Positions 23,382 to 35,229 of a stretch of 64,000 nucleotides of DNA are shown here, one piece after another. The position numbers and the translations under genes were made by a program. Every line of letters begins with the position of its first letter. The first letter of the stretch is position 1. The DNA is from Malacoraja senta (taxonomy: Eukaryota), in assembly GCA_038087875.1 (NCBI GenBank), contig CM075988.1, positions 3,472,001-3,536,000 on the forward strand, written 5' to 3'. The notes under the pieces are model-generated. The model saw nothing but the letters and a program-made list of their open reading frames with translations, did not search any database and was not told where the DNA came from.

Positions 23382-26300
23382 CAACATTCTTGTTAGAACT
23401 CTGCTCTTCCCTCACTTCTTTGTCCTCCTGTTCACTTACCTCAGGGCTATTATCTAGTCGTACCTGCAGGACAGCCCTCATGTAAGGATTGAAATGGTAC
23501 CAGGTAGATCAACCTTCTACCTGAACTGCGGTGGGTGGTTCGGAAAGCTCATACATACACCTTGTCTCCAGGTTTAAAGGGTCCTTCCTCCTGGTCCACC
23601 TCCAACTGCTTTTGCTTTACCTGTGCATAAATAGACTTGTATATCATAATTAACTGTTGCATATACTTCTTAACTTCTACCTCTAACTGTTCCAAACTCG
23701 GTCCCTTGTAGGGACCTCTCCATTGTGCCACCTACATAGGTCGGCCAGTAAGCATCTCATGTGGTGTTATGTGGGTTATTCAGTTAGTTTGCATGCAACA
23801 TCTCTTCAGTGCCAATGGCAGGGCATCGATCCAATTCAACTTTGTAGTTACACAAATCTTATTTATATTAACCTTCAATGTTCCATTTATTCTTTCCACC
23901 ATGCCCTGTGACTGCAGGTGTTACACACCCAAATCTGTGTTTTACTCTAAGGGCCCGTAGCACCAGCTTGACTACTCTCTGAATGAAAACAATCCGTTGT
24001 CAAAGCTGAATTCTGTAGGTCTACCAAACCTCTCGATTACCTCAGTCATCAGAAACTTTACTACAGTCCTTGCACCTAAATCAATCCAAGCTTACCCTAG
24101 ACGTAATAACAGCTGATCATCCTCCAGATGCTGTTCTGGCTGCTTCGTCTGCACTTTGATTTCCCTTTTTATGTGCTTGGCATTTAATGACAGCTAGTGC
24201 CCCTGGCTTCATTATTGCCCTTATCAGGTCTGTACTTTACTGCTAACTTTTCATGGGTTCTCCGTTGCTTTTCTCAAAGCCTTTCTGTTTCCCTACTGCT
24301 CCAAACATGTGACAGACCCCGTGAACACATGCTTAGTCGGTATAAACTTCAGCTTTCTCACCTTCCCTCATGTCACATGCTGCTCTTAAAGCCTTACTTT
24401 CTGCCAACTGAGCTAAGCAAGATTGCAGGCTTCCAATTTAATTACTTTAAAGTCTAATTCATCCTGACGCACCACTTCAAACCCTGCATACTTGCTATTA
24501 TGATCCCTTTAACAAGAAACATCCACAAGCAAAACCTTATTGTCCCCTTCATTCAAAGGCTCTGACTGTAAAACATTTCTCCGACTTGTGTGTCCTTCTT
24601 CCTTCATTATTTTCCTTAATGACATCACAATTTCAACATACTTTCCAATCTAGTCTGAACTATATCCTTCAATAAACTTCAATTATCTCTTCAATTTGAT
24701 CCTGCGCTATAGCTTTAACTTCTTTAGATATTACTCGTCCTGAATATTCTACCTGCTGCTGACAAAACAGCAACTTCTTCCTGGATACTTTATGACCTCC
24801 TATGCCATCTTTTCCAAGAGAATTAAAATGTCTCTCTCACATTGCTTCTCACTTGTGGAACAAACCAACAAACCATCCACATACTGTATCAAATACTTTC
24901 TAAGGGTACACCTTCCAAATCTGCCTTTAACATCTGATTAAAAACATGGGACTAGTATTTAAAACCCTGCCAGACCTCCTCCTTGAGATCCCTCCCTCCC
25001 TTGGGGACCCCAGTCCTGTCTGGGCTTATATCCAGATTTATTTCACTCCTGATAGGGCATTTGAGGAAACACTCCTCCAAAGACATTTATTATTGGCATG
25101 GAATTCTCTGCCCCCTGTTTGGCTCTGTCATAGGACTCACTGCGTGTTGGTGCATTACTTATTTCAGTCTTTTCAACCAGGTCTGTTGTTATTGACAACA
25201 TTGTCTTTCCTTTTTTCACGCTCTTTCTTTTTGAGCTCTTCAAGTTAGATTTGCATCATTTTTCTCTGCACCTCTTCCTGCTGGTCTGCAAGTCTTTTTC
25301 CTATCTGCGATATTTCTCGATCTCATTGACCAAATGATCGCTGAATCGGGGGTGGGAAATAGATGACAATCCCACCACCTCCTCCAATCTAGACTTGACT
25401 TTAGGAGGAATGACATCCACCACAGTGGTTTAGAATATAGTGTTCATTATCTGGTTGCCTTCAATTTCTTGTTCAGTTTCAAGTCTCCACCTTTTCAGCT
25501 GGTTCTCTAGATAGGCTGCTGGATTATTTGCCTCTCCCAGTGGAACTCCCCGTTATTCCTTGGGGTCCACCTTAAGTGGGTAACATTGTCTGAGGGCCTG
25601 CCATACCCTCTGCCTGACTGTGTCAAACAGCATGCCATTGTTTATTGCATTGTTCACAGCATTTTTATACCAGCCATCTTCAGTAGTTCAGTCAGTTTAG
25701 TGGTTCCTATCACTTTCACCAACAGTGCCTTCAAACCTCCCATAGCCAATAATCGTCCCATGTTCTCCTCCAAAGCCCTAATCCATTTCCTGACCCATCA
25801 GGAATATTGGGTAAGGTATTTTTTAGCCCCCTCAGTTTATGGGTGCCGCAAAGGATAATCTGTGTCTGTCCTGCTCTTTTCTTTTTAAAGCAGTCTCATC
25901 AATTTATCCCTCTGCTTTCCACTTTAATCCTTTCTGGTATGCCTTCTTTCTTATTCTAAACTCAATTTCTTGCTTCTCAGATATTTTAGCTTCTTTGCAA
26001 ATGCATTCACCTTTCTTTTAAAATCTTCCACTGACTCCTCCTGATTTATTACTTTCACACCTGTCGTTTCCTACTTCTGTTACCTCCTCACTGCCTCTCT
26101 CTCCTTTCTTTCTAAACTGCCTAAGTGCATCTAATTCCTTTCCTCTCCACTTTTCCCACCTTTCCAACTTATCTGTGGTCATATAATTCATAATTAATAC
26201 TTCCATCTTGTCACACATTTATCTTGAAAGTGCCTTCCTTGGGCCACTTCCTCACAACTTTTTCTTAAAATCTCAGCAAACAATCATTACCCTTCTCCAA

Positions 26301-27725
26301 CCATAATGTTTACCATAAAACAACAAACCATAAAAGCTGGTCATGTTTCAGCAATTAACTTATTTCCAATTATTTCAATCCATTCTCACCACTATTTAAA
26401 ATTTCCAATTCCTAGAACTAGTAACAATTTTCCAAATTAACTTTACTGAAAAGAAATCTGAAAGAAACAACAGAAATACCAAGCAACCTACATTTTCCAA
26501 CTTTCCCCTTTTAAGTAACGAGGATACAAAGTGTTAAACAAAGTGTTAAAGGTTACCCAACAGCTGTTCGTAACCTCCCCCATTGCTTACAATCTCTTAA
26601 AGGACTTATCACATATATGAACTTCCTCATTCATTCAAAACCGTTTTTTACACACAAATCACATTCGTTCCATTCTTACTTCAAAGAAATTATGCAATTT
26701 TCTACAGATTATAGTTTATATAAACATTAACATTTATATAATTCTTATCTTCCTTTTAAGTTAAAGTAGGATGGTCTAATCCCCTCTCAGTCAGGTACCT
26801 GAGCGCTGTGATTGGACATTGATTCAGATCATGATTAGTCAGACTCACCGTCACTCAAAGTCTAACCACACCCCACTAAGATCACAACCAATCAAAATCC
26901 TAGTCACTCAACATCTGACCACACGCCACTCCCATTAATTTCCAGAAAAAGGAAGCACATTTGGCCAGAGAGAATGCTGAGAGACCAAGCAGCAGAAAGA
27001 ATGCAGCAAATTTATCTCCACAAACAGTTAAGAAACTCAGTCCTTACACCTCCTCCGTCCTTGTAGTCACTATATTACCTTAATATATTCTTATTGCTAT
27101 ATAACCTTACACTATTCTTATTGCTATTCTACAATATTTTATCACTGTGTACACCATTTCTGTTACCCACTTACCTTAAATTAGTATTTTGCCCGTACAA
27201 ACCCTTAGTCACCTAAGGTGGTATACACAAAATACTTTATTCTGCCCATACAAACCCCTGCCCTCAGGGTGGTATCCACAGAATACCTGCCTCGTCCGTG
27301 CAACCCCCGACGTCTCAGGGTGGTATCCACGAGGTCTAATAAACTCTCACCTGCTTCGTCCGTGCAACCCCTGGCCTCCCAGGGTGGTATCCACGAAGTC
27401 TTAATAAACTCTTAATAATATCACACAATGCAATGCTGTACTTATCACAGATATTATTTACTCACCACACCGCAGCCTTCTCGGACAATCCTCCGGGCCT
27501 CCTTTTTAGAACAATTTAGTGCCAGATTCTTGGGTCGGTGAGACGTTCTAACTACCTAGGCACTTCTGTGCCCCAATGGCTTCCCATGTTCAACATATTA
27601 GTCCAATTGAAGTGGAAAACCGCATAATTTTATAGGTGGCCACCCTTTTCCTGTTGTCCCTATGAGCCAAGAGGGGTTGGGAAGTGCCCTGGGCTGTTTG
27701 TCTTTTAATTAATGGTCTCTTACCG

Positions 27726-27743
27726 ACCCTGCTCGCTGCGCCA
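27726..27743 (-). promoter_or_regulatory. Primer binding site, tRNA-Ser(TGA) type
   Basis: Minus strand TGGCGCAGCGAGCAGGGT, complementary to the vertebrate tRNA-Ser(TGA) 3' end as I recall it (...ACCCTGCTCGCTGCGCCA). Confidence 0.8.
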
Positions 27744-27747
27744 ATTT

Positions 27748-28271
27748 TGTCGTGGTTTTAAGACTCAAAGTTTGGATAAGATGACACAGACACGGAGAAT
27801 TCTTCAAGAAGACGAAAGCCTTTATTTGCAAATATTCAGCTGGAACATTCAAAGACGGCACCACCTGCCCGTTCTCTAATTGCTCTCTGATCCACAGAAA
27901 CAAGCAGCTTTTTATTGCACTCTTTCAGCCTTATCTCTGCTACATTATCTTGCATGCTTGTACTCCTTTCACATCAATCTATCTTCAATTCTAATATTCT
28001 CTGTCTTGCCACCATTATTTCCGACCTTGGTCCAGTTTTTACATTTCCTCTCTTATCTCTTCCTCTCTCGCCGCCCTGAAATTCCAAACTATTGCTTTTA
28101 ATTTCCCAGCTATGTTTCAGCTAAAGTCAAGGTTAGACGACACCATTTTGTACTGTTACACACACCATTTTACACTGTTACATATTAGCTTATGTTTAAT
28201 ACAAGGATATAAATGTAAAAATAAGTAACTTGTTTATAACTTAAAGTAACTTGTTTATAACTTCTATATCG
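27748..28271 (-). repeat. ERV 5' LTR
   Basis: Near-identical to 21008-21527; followed on the minus strand by the PBS. Confidence 0.93.
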
Positions 28272-29430
28272 TCTCGCGTAGACAGAACAGAAAGAAAGAC
28301 AAAACCACAACTGAAAGATCATCCTTTTATACCCCTATAACTAACAGCGCGAAAATACAGGGGAAGGGCAACCCCTACAAACTCAATCACCGATACCGGA
28401 GAGAAGATATATGGAGTGACAACTCCTTCACCCAATCATATAACAGTACCTGCAAACATCTTCATGCATAGCAACAAAGCAAAAACATCTTAGTACATAG
28501 AGAAATGATACCATTGAAGGCAACCAATTACGGGTGATGGTGGGGAGACACAGAAACAAAGTAGAAAAATTTTAGGGCAATAAGAAACTTCCAGGTGCAG
28601 GCCACCCTTCTGGACCAATCAGAAGCATGCATTAAGCATCAGTGTTCTGGAGCTCCTGCAAAAGCCCAGACTTTGTGCAACCAGTGGGTCACAGGTGCAG
28701 AAACTTCCTGAAACTTCTGCAAAGTTCCAGACTTAGTGGAGCCAGGTCCAGCAGCTTGCAAAGTGATGTCATCAGCCCATTCTCACAGACACCCACTTGC
28801 CATTTCCCAAGTACCCAAACCCCTGCATATCTACACAAAGATATACAGGTCTGTAGGTTAGTTAGCTTGGTGTAAATGTAAATTGTCCCTAGTTACGTCC
28901 CTGTGTAGGGTAGTGTTAATGCACGGATTCGGTGGGCTTAAGGGACATGTTTCCACGCTGTTTCTCTAAACTAAACTAAACATTATTTGCTGAAGGGACT
29001 ATTCCTCCGCTATTCTATGTTCTATTGTCATTTAGTAAATTGCTCATTACCTTTTCGTTAAATAACACTAATTAACTGACAATATTAAACTTAATTGCAC
29101 TTCAAACAATTTCATTGCTAAACTTGCATCAAAAATCCTGATTGCTCTCTCATGCCACACGTTTATTTCTCATTAATAATTTTTACCTCATTAAGAATAT
29201 GAAAGGGAATCTCAGCAGTGATGGAAATGAACATAATTGGTATGTAATAATTAATGAGTTATGTTCGGGCATTCAAGTCATTCACGATAAATTGTGAAAT
29301 TGAATTAGTTAAATATTTTATTTTGTGGAATATGTGAGGTTTTCCACAAGTGACAATATTAAACCAACATCAATGTGAAGAAAGCATATCACATGCTTGC
29401 CTTCATGGTTATCTTAGCTTAGCTTAGAGA

Positions 29431-29850
29431 TACATAGAAACATAGAAACATAGAAAATAGGTGCAGGAGTAGGCCATTCAGCCCTTCCAGCCTGCACCGC
29501 CATTCAATATGATCATGGCTGATCATCCAACTCAGTATCCTGTACCTGCCTTCTCTCCATACCCCCTGATCCCTTTAGCCACAAGGGCCACATCTAACTC
29601 CCTCTTAAATATAGCCAATGAACTGGCCTCAACTACCTTCTGTGGCAGAGAATTCCAGAGATTCACCACTCTCTGTATGACATTTTTTTTCCTCATCTCG
29701 GTCCTAAAAGATTTTCCCTTTATCCTTAAACTGTGACCCCTTGTCCTGGACTTCCCCAACATCGGGAACAATCTTCCTGCATCTAGCCTGTCCAACCCCT
29801 TAAGAATTTTGTAAGTTTCTATAAGATCCCCCCTCAATCTTCTATCTTCT
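29431..29850 (-). mobile_element. CR1 3' fragment inserted in the tail region of a V-SINE (SINE body ~29856-30131, -)
   Basis: RRLRGDLIETYKIL...WNSLP; (CATAGAAA)n tail. Confidence 0.85.
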
Positions 29851-30846
29851 TCTAAGTGTGGAAACAAGCCCTTCAGTCCACTGAGTCCGGGCTGACCAAC
29901 GATCACCGCGTACATTAGTTCTATCCTAGGCATTAGGGAGAATTTATAGAAGCCAATTAACCAACAAATCTGCACGTCTTTGGAGTGTGGGAGGAAATCA
30001 GAGCACCCAGAGAAAACCCACGTGGTCACAGGGAGAATGTAGAAACTCCATGCAGACAGCACCCGTAGTCAGGTTCAAACCTGGGTCCCAGGCGCTTCAA
30101 GGCAGCAACACTACCGCTGTGCCACCGTGCCACACCGTGGATCAGGGCAGAGAAGTTTTATTTTACAGAGAATGTCTGGAACTCACAATACTTTTCAATA
30201 CAACGGCAGTTCCAATGACAGCATACAATTAGGCAAGGCATATGGTCCTAATGCTGGCAAAATGGTTGGAAATCAGGAAAAAGATTGGCGTGCACATGGT
30301 GGACTTAGGGACCAAGCTAAAGAAAGGTCCAGAGATGCTGCCGAACCCGCTAAGTTATTCCACCACTTTGTGTCTTTTTTTTTGTAAACCTGCATCTGCA
30401 GTTCCTTGTATCTCAAAGGAACTTACAATTCAGAGCAAGTATTAACTCATCAGGTTTGGGCGTTCTTCAGTACCATCGCATACCTCCACTGACCCCTCCC
30501 TGACTCCTAGTCTCATGAAGGGTCTCGGCCCGAAACGTCACCTATTGCTTCTCTCCAAAGATGCTGCCGGACCCGCTGAGTTACCCCAGTTTTAGTTTTA
30601 TCTCCAGTTTAAACCAGCATCTGCAGTTCCTTCCGACACATCTGTGTGATTTATATCTCTATGATCCTAGAGTTGATGGATTGTAATAGGAGCATAATTG
30701 CTTGAGTATTTACCTTCACATAAAGATACCTGCGTTGTGTAGCCTACACATGACTCAAAGTCCATTGCTGCCCGAAAGAAGTAACTTAAGTATCTAAAGT
30801 GTTAAAGATGGTGTTCGATGGGGTGCTGAGTCAGGAAGTCATGTTA

Positions 30847-32960
30847 AACCCCTGTTACACTGTGCGAGCTGACCCACGAGGTACCCCGAGTTTAAAACAA
30901 ATTTAACTCGTGGTAATCACGTACAATTAACGTAGCGGGAACGTCGGAACTCGTGGACGCAACTTAGCGACTCGTGGCGCTAACGGCAGGTACCCGTGAA
31001 ACTTGTTAACTCTTGAAAAAGTTCAAACATATTTGAACTTTTCCACGAGTAAAATGTACTCTTGAGGTTAAAATTTGAAACATTTCAACTCGTTGTAAGA
31101 ACGTAGTGGCCCGTGCGTTTACCTTTGTGACTCGTGATTCTACCGTGGGAACTCTTTTTAGAAACAATAATCAGGGACAGAAATATCAGTTACTTAGACT
31201 TTTTAAAGACAAAGTAACAAAGTAAAGGTTATTGATAAGGTGACAGAGTGGGTTGAAAATAAAAAATTGCTTGAAGTTTATATATAGATTTTGTGTATTT
31301 GGGACTGAGCTCACAACCTTAAGACAAACCAGTATTGAGGAACAGCGTGAGAACATTTTATGACACTTCATGGCAGCCTAATCTGAGGTTTGCCAGTCAC
31401 GTCCAGAAGCCATCTCTACCAGTGCTGTTGAAGAAGACAGGGTTGTGTTCACCTCTCCTGCACCCCTGTTCCGTAGCACAACACCAACTCTTTCATTATG
31501 CGGATGTTAAAGGCTGGGTTTTATTCTCAAGCCATGATGCCAGATTCCCGATCTCTTTACTGAACTTTACTGAATCAAAGGGTTCTATATGAGGTGCTGC
31601 CTCAAAAAGGCAGCCAGCATTGTCATGGACCCACACTACCCTGGCCATGCTCTCATTTCATTCCTGCTGAGCAGAAGGTATAAGAATCTGAAAACCATGA
31701 CCTCCAGGTTCAAGAACAGCTTCTTCCCAACAACCATCGGGCTCTTGAACGCTACAAATGCTAACTAAACTATGAACTACAAACTGCCTTGGTTGCACTA
31801 AGGACTTTGGGATTTTTGCAATAATACTGGATTTTTTAATATATATTTTCTTTGTTTAGTATATTATCTATGAGTATTGTGTTTACTGGCCTGTTATGCT
31901 GCTGCAAGTGGGAACTCTTTAACTCAGCGGGCAGGCAGCATCTCTGGAGAGAAGGAATGGGTGATGGGATGACATTTCCAAATTGGGGGAGGGGGGGGTG
32001 AGGGGGGTGGGGTGGAGGAGAGGGGTTGGAGAGTGGAGGGAGAGGAGGGGGAGACAGTTGGGGGTGTCTTCATTCACTGGTCGAGGGTGCCTGTCACTGA
32101 AACAGGTAGGTGAGATTTCACATCCACCTTGTGTGTGTGTCTCTCTCTCCCTCCCTCCCTCTCACACAGGCTGAGAGACTCTGCCTCTGTGAGTGTACGT
32201 CCCTTTCTCCCCCTCTCCCTGCACTCTATACGCTCATTGTTTCCTATGAGAGACTTTGAAAAATAAGAATCACATTTCACACATTGATTTTATGACTTTT
32301 AATTCTTAACATGACCATAATCACAATCTTTTGTCATGTTTCATCAGCAGAGGTCCCAAGTTATTCTTCAGCTCATTAAAGAGCTCAGGTGAAATTCTGA
32401 TGAAATTTTTAAATGCAGATTTATCCTCTTCGCACAGCACATTAAGCAGCTTTTCAAACTGTCGAAAGAGAGATCTCCTTTGAAACAGGGGCTTCACCCA
32501 CTGAGACCTCTTCTTAATTTTCCTCTTTCTCTCTTCTGCCTTCATTACACAAGTGTCCTTGCATCACATTAAGGGCTGCAGCATACAGCACTTGAACAAA
32601 AAACATCACCATCCTGGACTCCAATAGCCTTCTTGCAGACATCTTCTCCAAATGAGCCAATTTAAACAAGGCAGGCTTTTTATAGTATGTTAAAAAAAAA
32701 GCATGACATCATTTTTTTAACATGTGATGATTTTTCAACACGTCGATATACACTGTTGCCTCAAGATTAACGGGAGAGGAACTTGGTACACTCGGGAGAC
32801 GAACTTGGAACATCGCAGAAATGAGAAGTAAACGGCAAACTTAGACATACCCGTGGGAACTCGGTTAAACTCTGGATCATAAACTTGTAGTCTCATACGC
32901 AACCACGAGTCTTTCACTCGGGGTCACTTGTGGGTCAACTCGCACAGTGAAACAGGGCTT
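30847..32960 (-). mobile_element. Internally deleted PIF/Harbinger transposon with foreign internal DNA
   Basis: TIRs AACCCCTGTTACACTGTGCGAGCTGACCCAC / GTGGGTCAACTCGCACAGTGAAACAGGGCTT; TSD TTA at 30844-46 and 32961-63. Confidence 0.9.
32321..32545 (-). pseudogene. N-terminal fragment of a Harbinger transposase
   Basis: RSQWVKPLFQRR...FEKLLNVLCEEDKSAFKNFIRISPELFNELK, typical of the N-terminus of HARBI1-like transposases. No DDE domain is present. Confidence 0.8.
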
Positions 32961-32992
32961 TTATAACGCGCAATAAAGTGAGCCACACGTTG

Positions 32993-33191
32993 TGAACTCA
33001 AGGACAAGCTTTATTAAACAAAAAAGAATTCCACAACAATGGCAGTGTTGCGGAGCCCAGAGTAACTGTGTGTCGCTGCAGCAGGGCACACCCTTGACTT
33101 CCTTTCGAGCCCCCTCCCCTCAGTCGCGTGCCTCTTACCACATGATGAACGAGGGTTCGATTAACCAGTGACCCGCCCACCAGGTGCCACA
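32993..33191 (-). mobile_element. Short solo LTR (Gypsy-like)
   Basis: TG...CA, 199 bp, TSD GTTG at 32989-92 and 33192-95, minus-strand AATAAA near 33010. Confidence 0.6.
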
Positions 33192-33195
33192 GTTG

Positions 33196-33700
33196 CATCT
33201 TTATAAAACTTTGCCTCATTTGGAGTATTGTGTGGAGTTCTGGTGGCCCCATTGCAATGAACATGTGGAGACTTTGGAGAGGGCTCAGAAGAGAGGCGTT
33301 TACCACGAGTGCTTCCTGGATTAGAGGGTGTTGGCTATAAAGAGAGTTTGGACAAAAATGTTTTCTCTGGGGCATCGTTGGTTGAGGGGAGACCTGATCG
33401 AAGTTTACAAAATTCTGGGAGGTGTAGGTAGAGTAGACAGTCAGAATTTTATTCCTGGTGTGAAAATGTCAAGGACGAGAGGGCGTAGGTTTAAGGTCAG
33501 AAGCGGGGCGTGTTATGGAGATGTGTGGGGAAAGTGTTAATCTTGGAGAGTGGTTCGTGCCTGGAACTTTGTGTTAGGGATAATGGAAGCAGATACAGCA
33601 ATGTTTTTTTAAGAAGCTTTGAGGGAAGAGAGTGATATGGAGCATGTGCAAGAAGAATCAATTAGATTACTTTGGCATCATGTTCTGCACAGATCAGTTC
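33196..33700 (+). mobile_element. Old CR1 3' fragment
   Basis: FSLGHRWLRGDLIEVYKIL...SRTRG. Confidence 0.8.
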
Positions 33701-34339
33701 AGTTCAGTTTCTGTTCCGTTTACCCTGTCATGAGGTACAGTGAAAAGCTTATGTTGCGTGCTATCCAGTCAGTGGAAAGACAATACATGATTACAATCGA
33801 GCCATTCATGGGGTATAGATACATATAGTGGGCTGAAGGGCCTGTGCAGGAAGGAACTCTAGATGATGATTTAAACCAAAGATTACACCTGAGAAAGGTC
33901 TCGACCCGAAACGTCACCCATTCCTTCTCTCCCGAGATGCTGCCTGTCCCGCTGAGTTATTCCAGCATTTTGTGTCTATCTTTGGGCTGAAGGGTCTATT
34001 CCTTTGCGTACTGTTCTACATTCTATTATATCTACTATGGCAATGTTCCTTACCCTGCATAATGAGAGGTGAACAATATACACTGCTTCCTAGTATTTCC
34101 TATATCCCAATTTATATAAAATAAAACCAAATTATTGATAAATTCAGTGTTATTCCATAACTTTTGGGAAGCAACTTCCCTCCAATTTTCCTTGCCCGTT
34201 AACGATTGTGGGAATTATTCACCAGAACTTCCCACCCATGCTCCAAATATGTCCATGTACCTTTTTAATTCCTTTCAAAATCCATTTGTACGTAACCAAA
34301 AGTCTTTTTCTGTTTGCTCGTTGCCCTCCCTGGTCATGG

Positions 34340-34590
34340 GGCTATTAATATTGTCATGTATACTGAGGCACAATGCCAAGTCCATTACACACACCAACCT
34401 CCCACCATCAGCTCCAGCCACACCTCACAAAGCCTCGGGAATACAGCCAAAATAAACAAGAACCATTCTCACATCAGTCAGTCCTTCTTCTCCCCTCTCC
34501 TGTCGGGCAGGAGATACAGAAGTTTGGACGCACGTACCACAAGATCCAGGAATAGCATCTTCCCTGCTTGTTGGCCGACAACAGAGTGGT
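34340..34590 (+). mobile_element. Rex1/Babar LINE C-terminal fragment
   Basis: FFSPLLSGRRYRSLDARTTRSRNSIFPA motif. Confidence 0.75.
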
Positions 34591-34675
34591 TTTAGTTTTA
34601 ATTTTTGGGATACAGTGTGGAAACAGGCCCTTCGGCCCACCGAGTCGATGCCGACCACCAATCACCTGCACACTA

Positions 34676-34982
34676 GTTTAGTTTAGTTTAGTTTAGGGAT
34701 ACAGTGTGGAAACAGGCCCTTCGGCCCACCGAGTCCGCACCGACCAGTGATCCCCGCACACTAACGCTAATCTACACACACTCGGGACAATTTACACTTA
34801 CACCAAGCCAATTAACCTACATACCTGTATGTCTTTGGAGTGTGGGAGGAAAACGAAGATCTCAGAGAAAACCCATGCGGTCACGGGGAGAACGTAGAAA
34901 CTCCGTACAGTAGTCGGGATCGAACCCGGGTTTCTGGCGTTACAAGCGCAGTAAGGCAGCAACTCCACTGCTGCACCACCGT
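34676..34982 (-). mobile_element. V-SINE nested in another V-SINE remnant
   Basis: Family motifs. Confidence 0.8.
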
Positions 34983-35229
34983 GGGCATGGGATATGTTAT
35001 CCCATAACATGGTGCTATAATAACTATAATAACTAGTTCCATGTTATCCCATTTTCGGATCCTGCACATGTGGCAATTTACAGAAGCTAATTTATCTACA
35101 AACCTGCACGTCTTCGAAGTGTGGCCATCCCATGAACTAGGGTAAGGTCTCGATCTTCCAACCTCTCTCACTGAAAATCTTAGCCTCTTCCTTGCAGCTA
35201 TAATGCTACAGTGCCATATAAATACTGTA

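Larger units (their letters stand above)
21008..28271 (-). mobile_element. Degenerate endogenous retrovirus (class I, fish epsilon/gamma-like) provirus
   Basis: Two ~520-bp LTRs, PBS and PPT. Remnants of gag (KWIRALEE...LAMGGLKALL), RT (SPHVFNQ...QYVDGLLVCS...GHKVSRKKLLFCQ), integrase (EVIERFGRP...[14 protein letters not shown]...[11 protein letters not shown]...TPHEMLTGRPM) and env TM (GVCVLFGEQCFTFICNNTSPEGSFTKAM). Confidence 0.93.
20866..28835 (-). mobile_element. Solo LTR (~700 bp, split into 20866-21007 and 28272-28835) inserted in a V-SINE
   Basis: TG...CA ends; 4-bp TSD CAAA at 20862-65 and 28836-39; minus-strand AATAAA (~20938) and TATAAAA (~28325). The SINE consensus continues across the insertion. 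Confidence 0.75.

Noticed and set aside
27185..27410. Regularly spaced short repeats as a CRISPR-like array
   Set aside because: The linkers are homologous to each other. It is a degenerate tandem repeat in an ERV leader.
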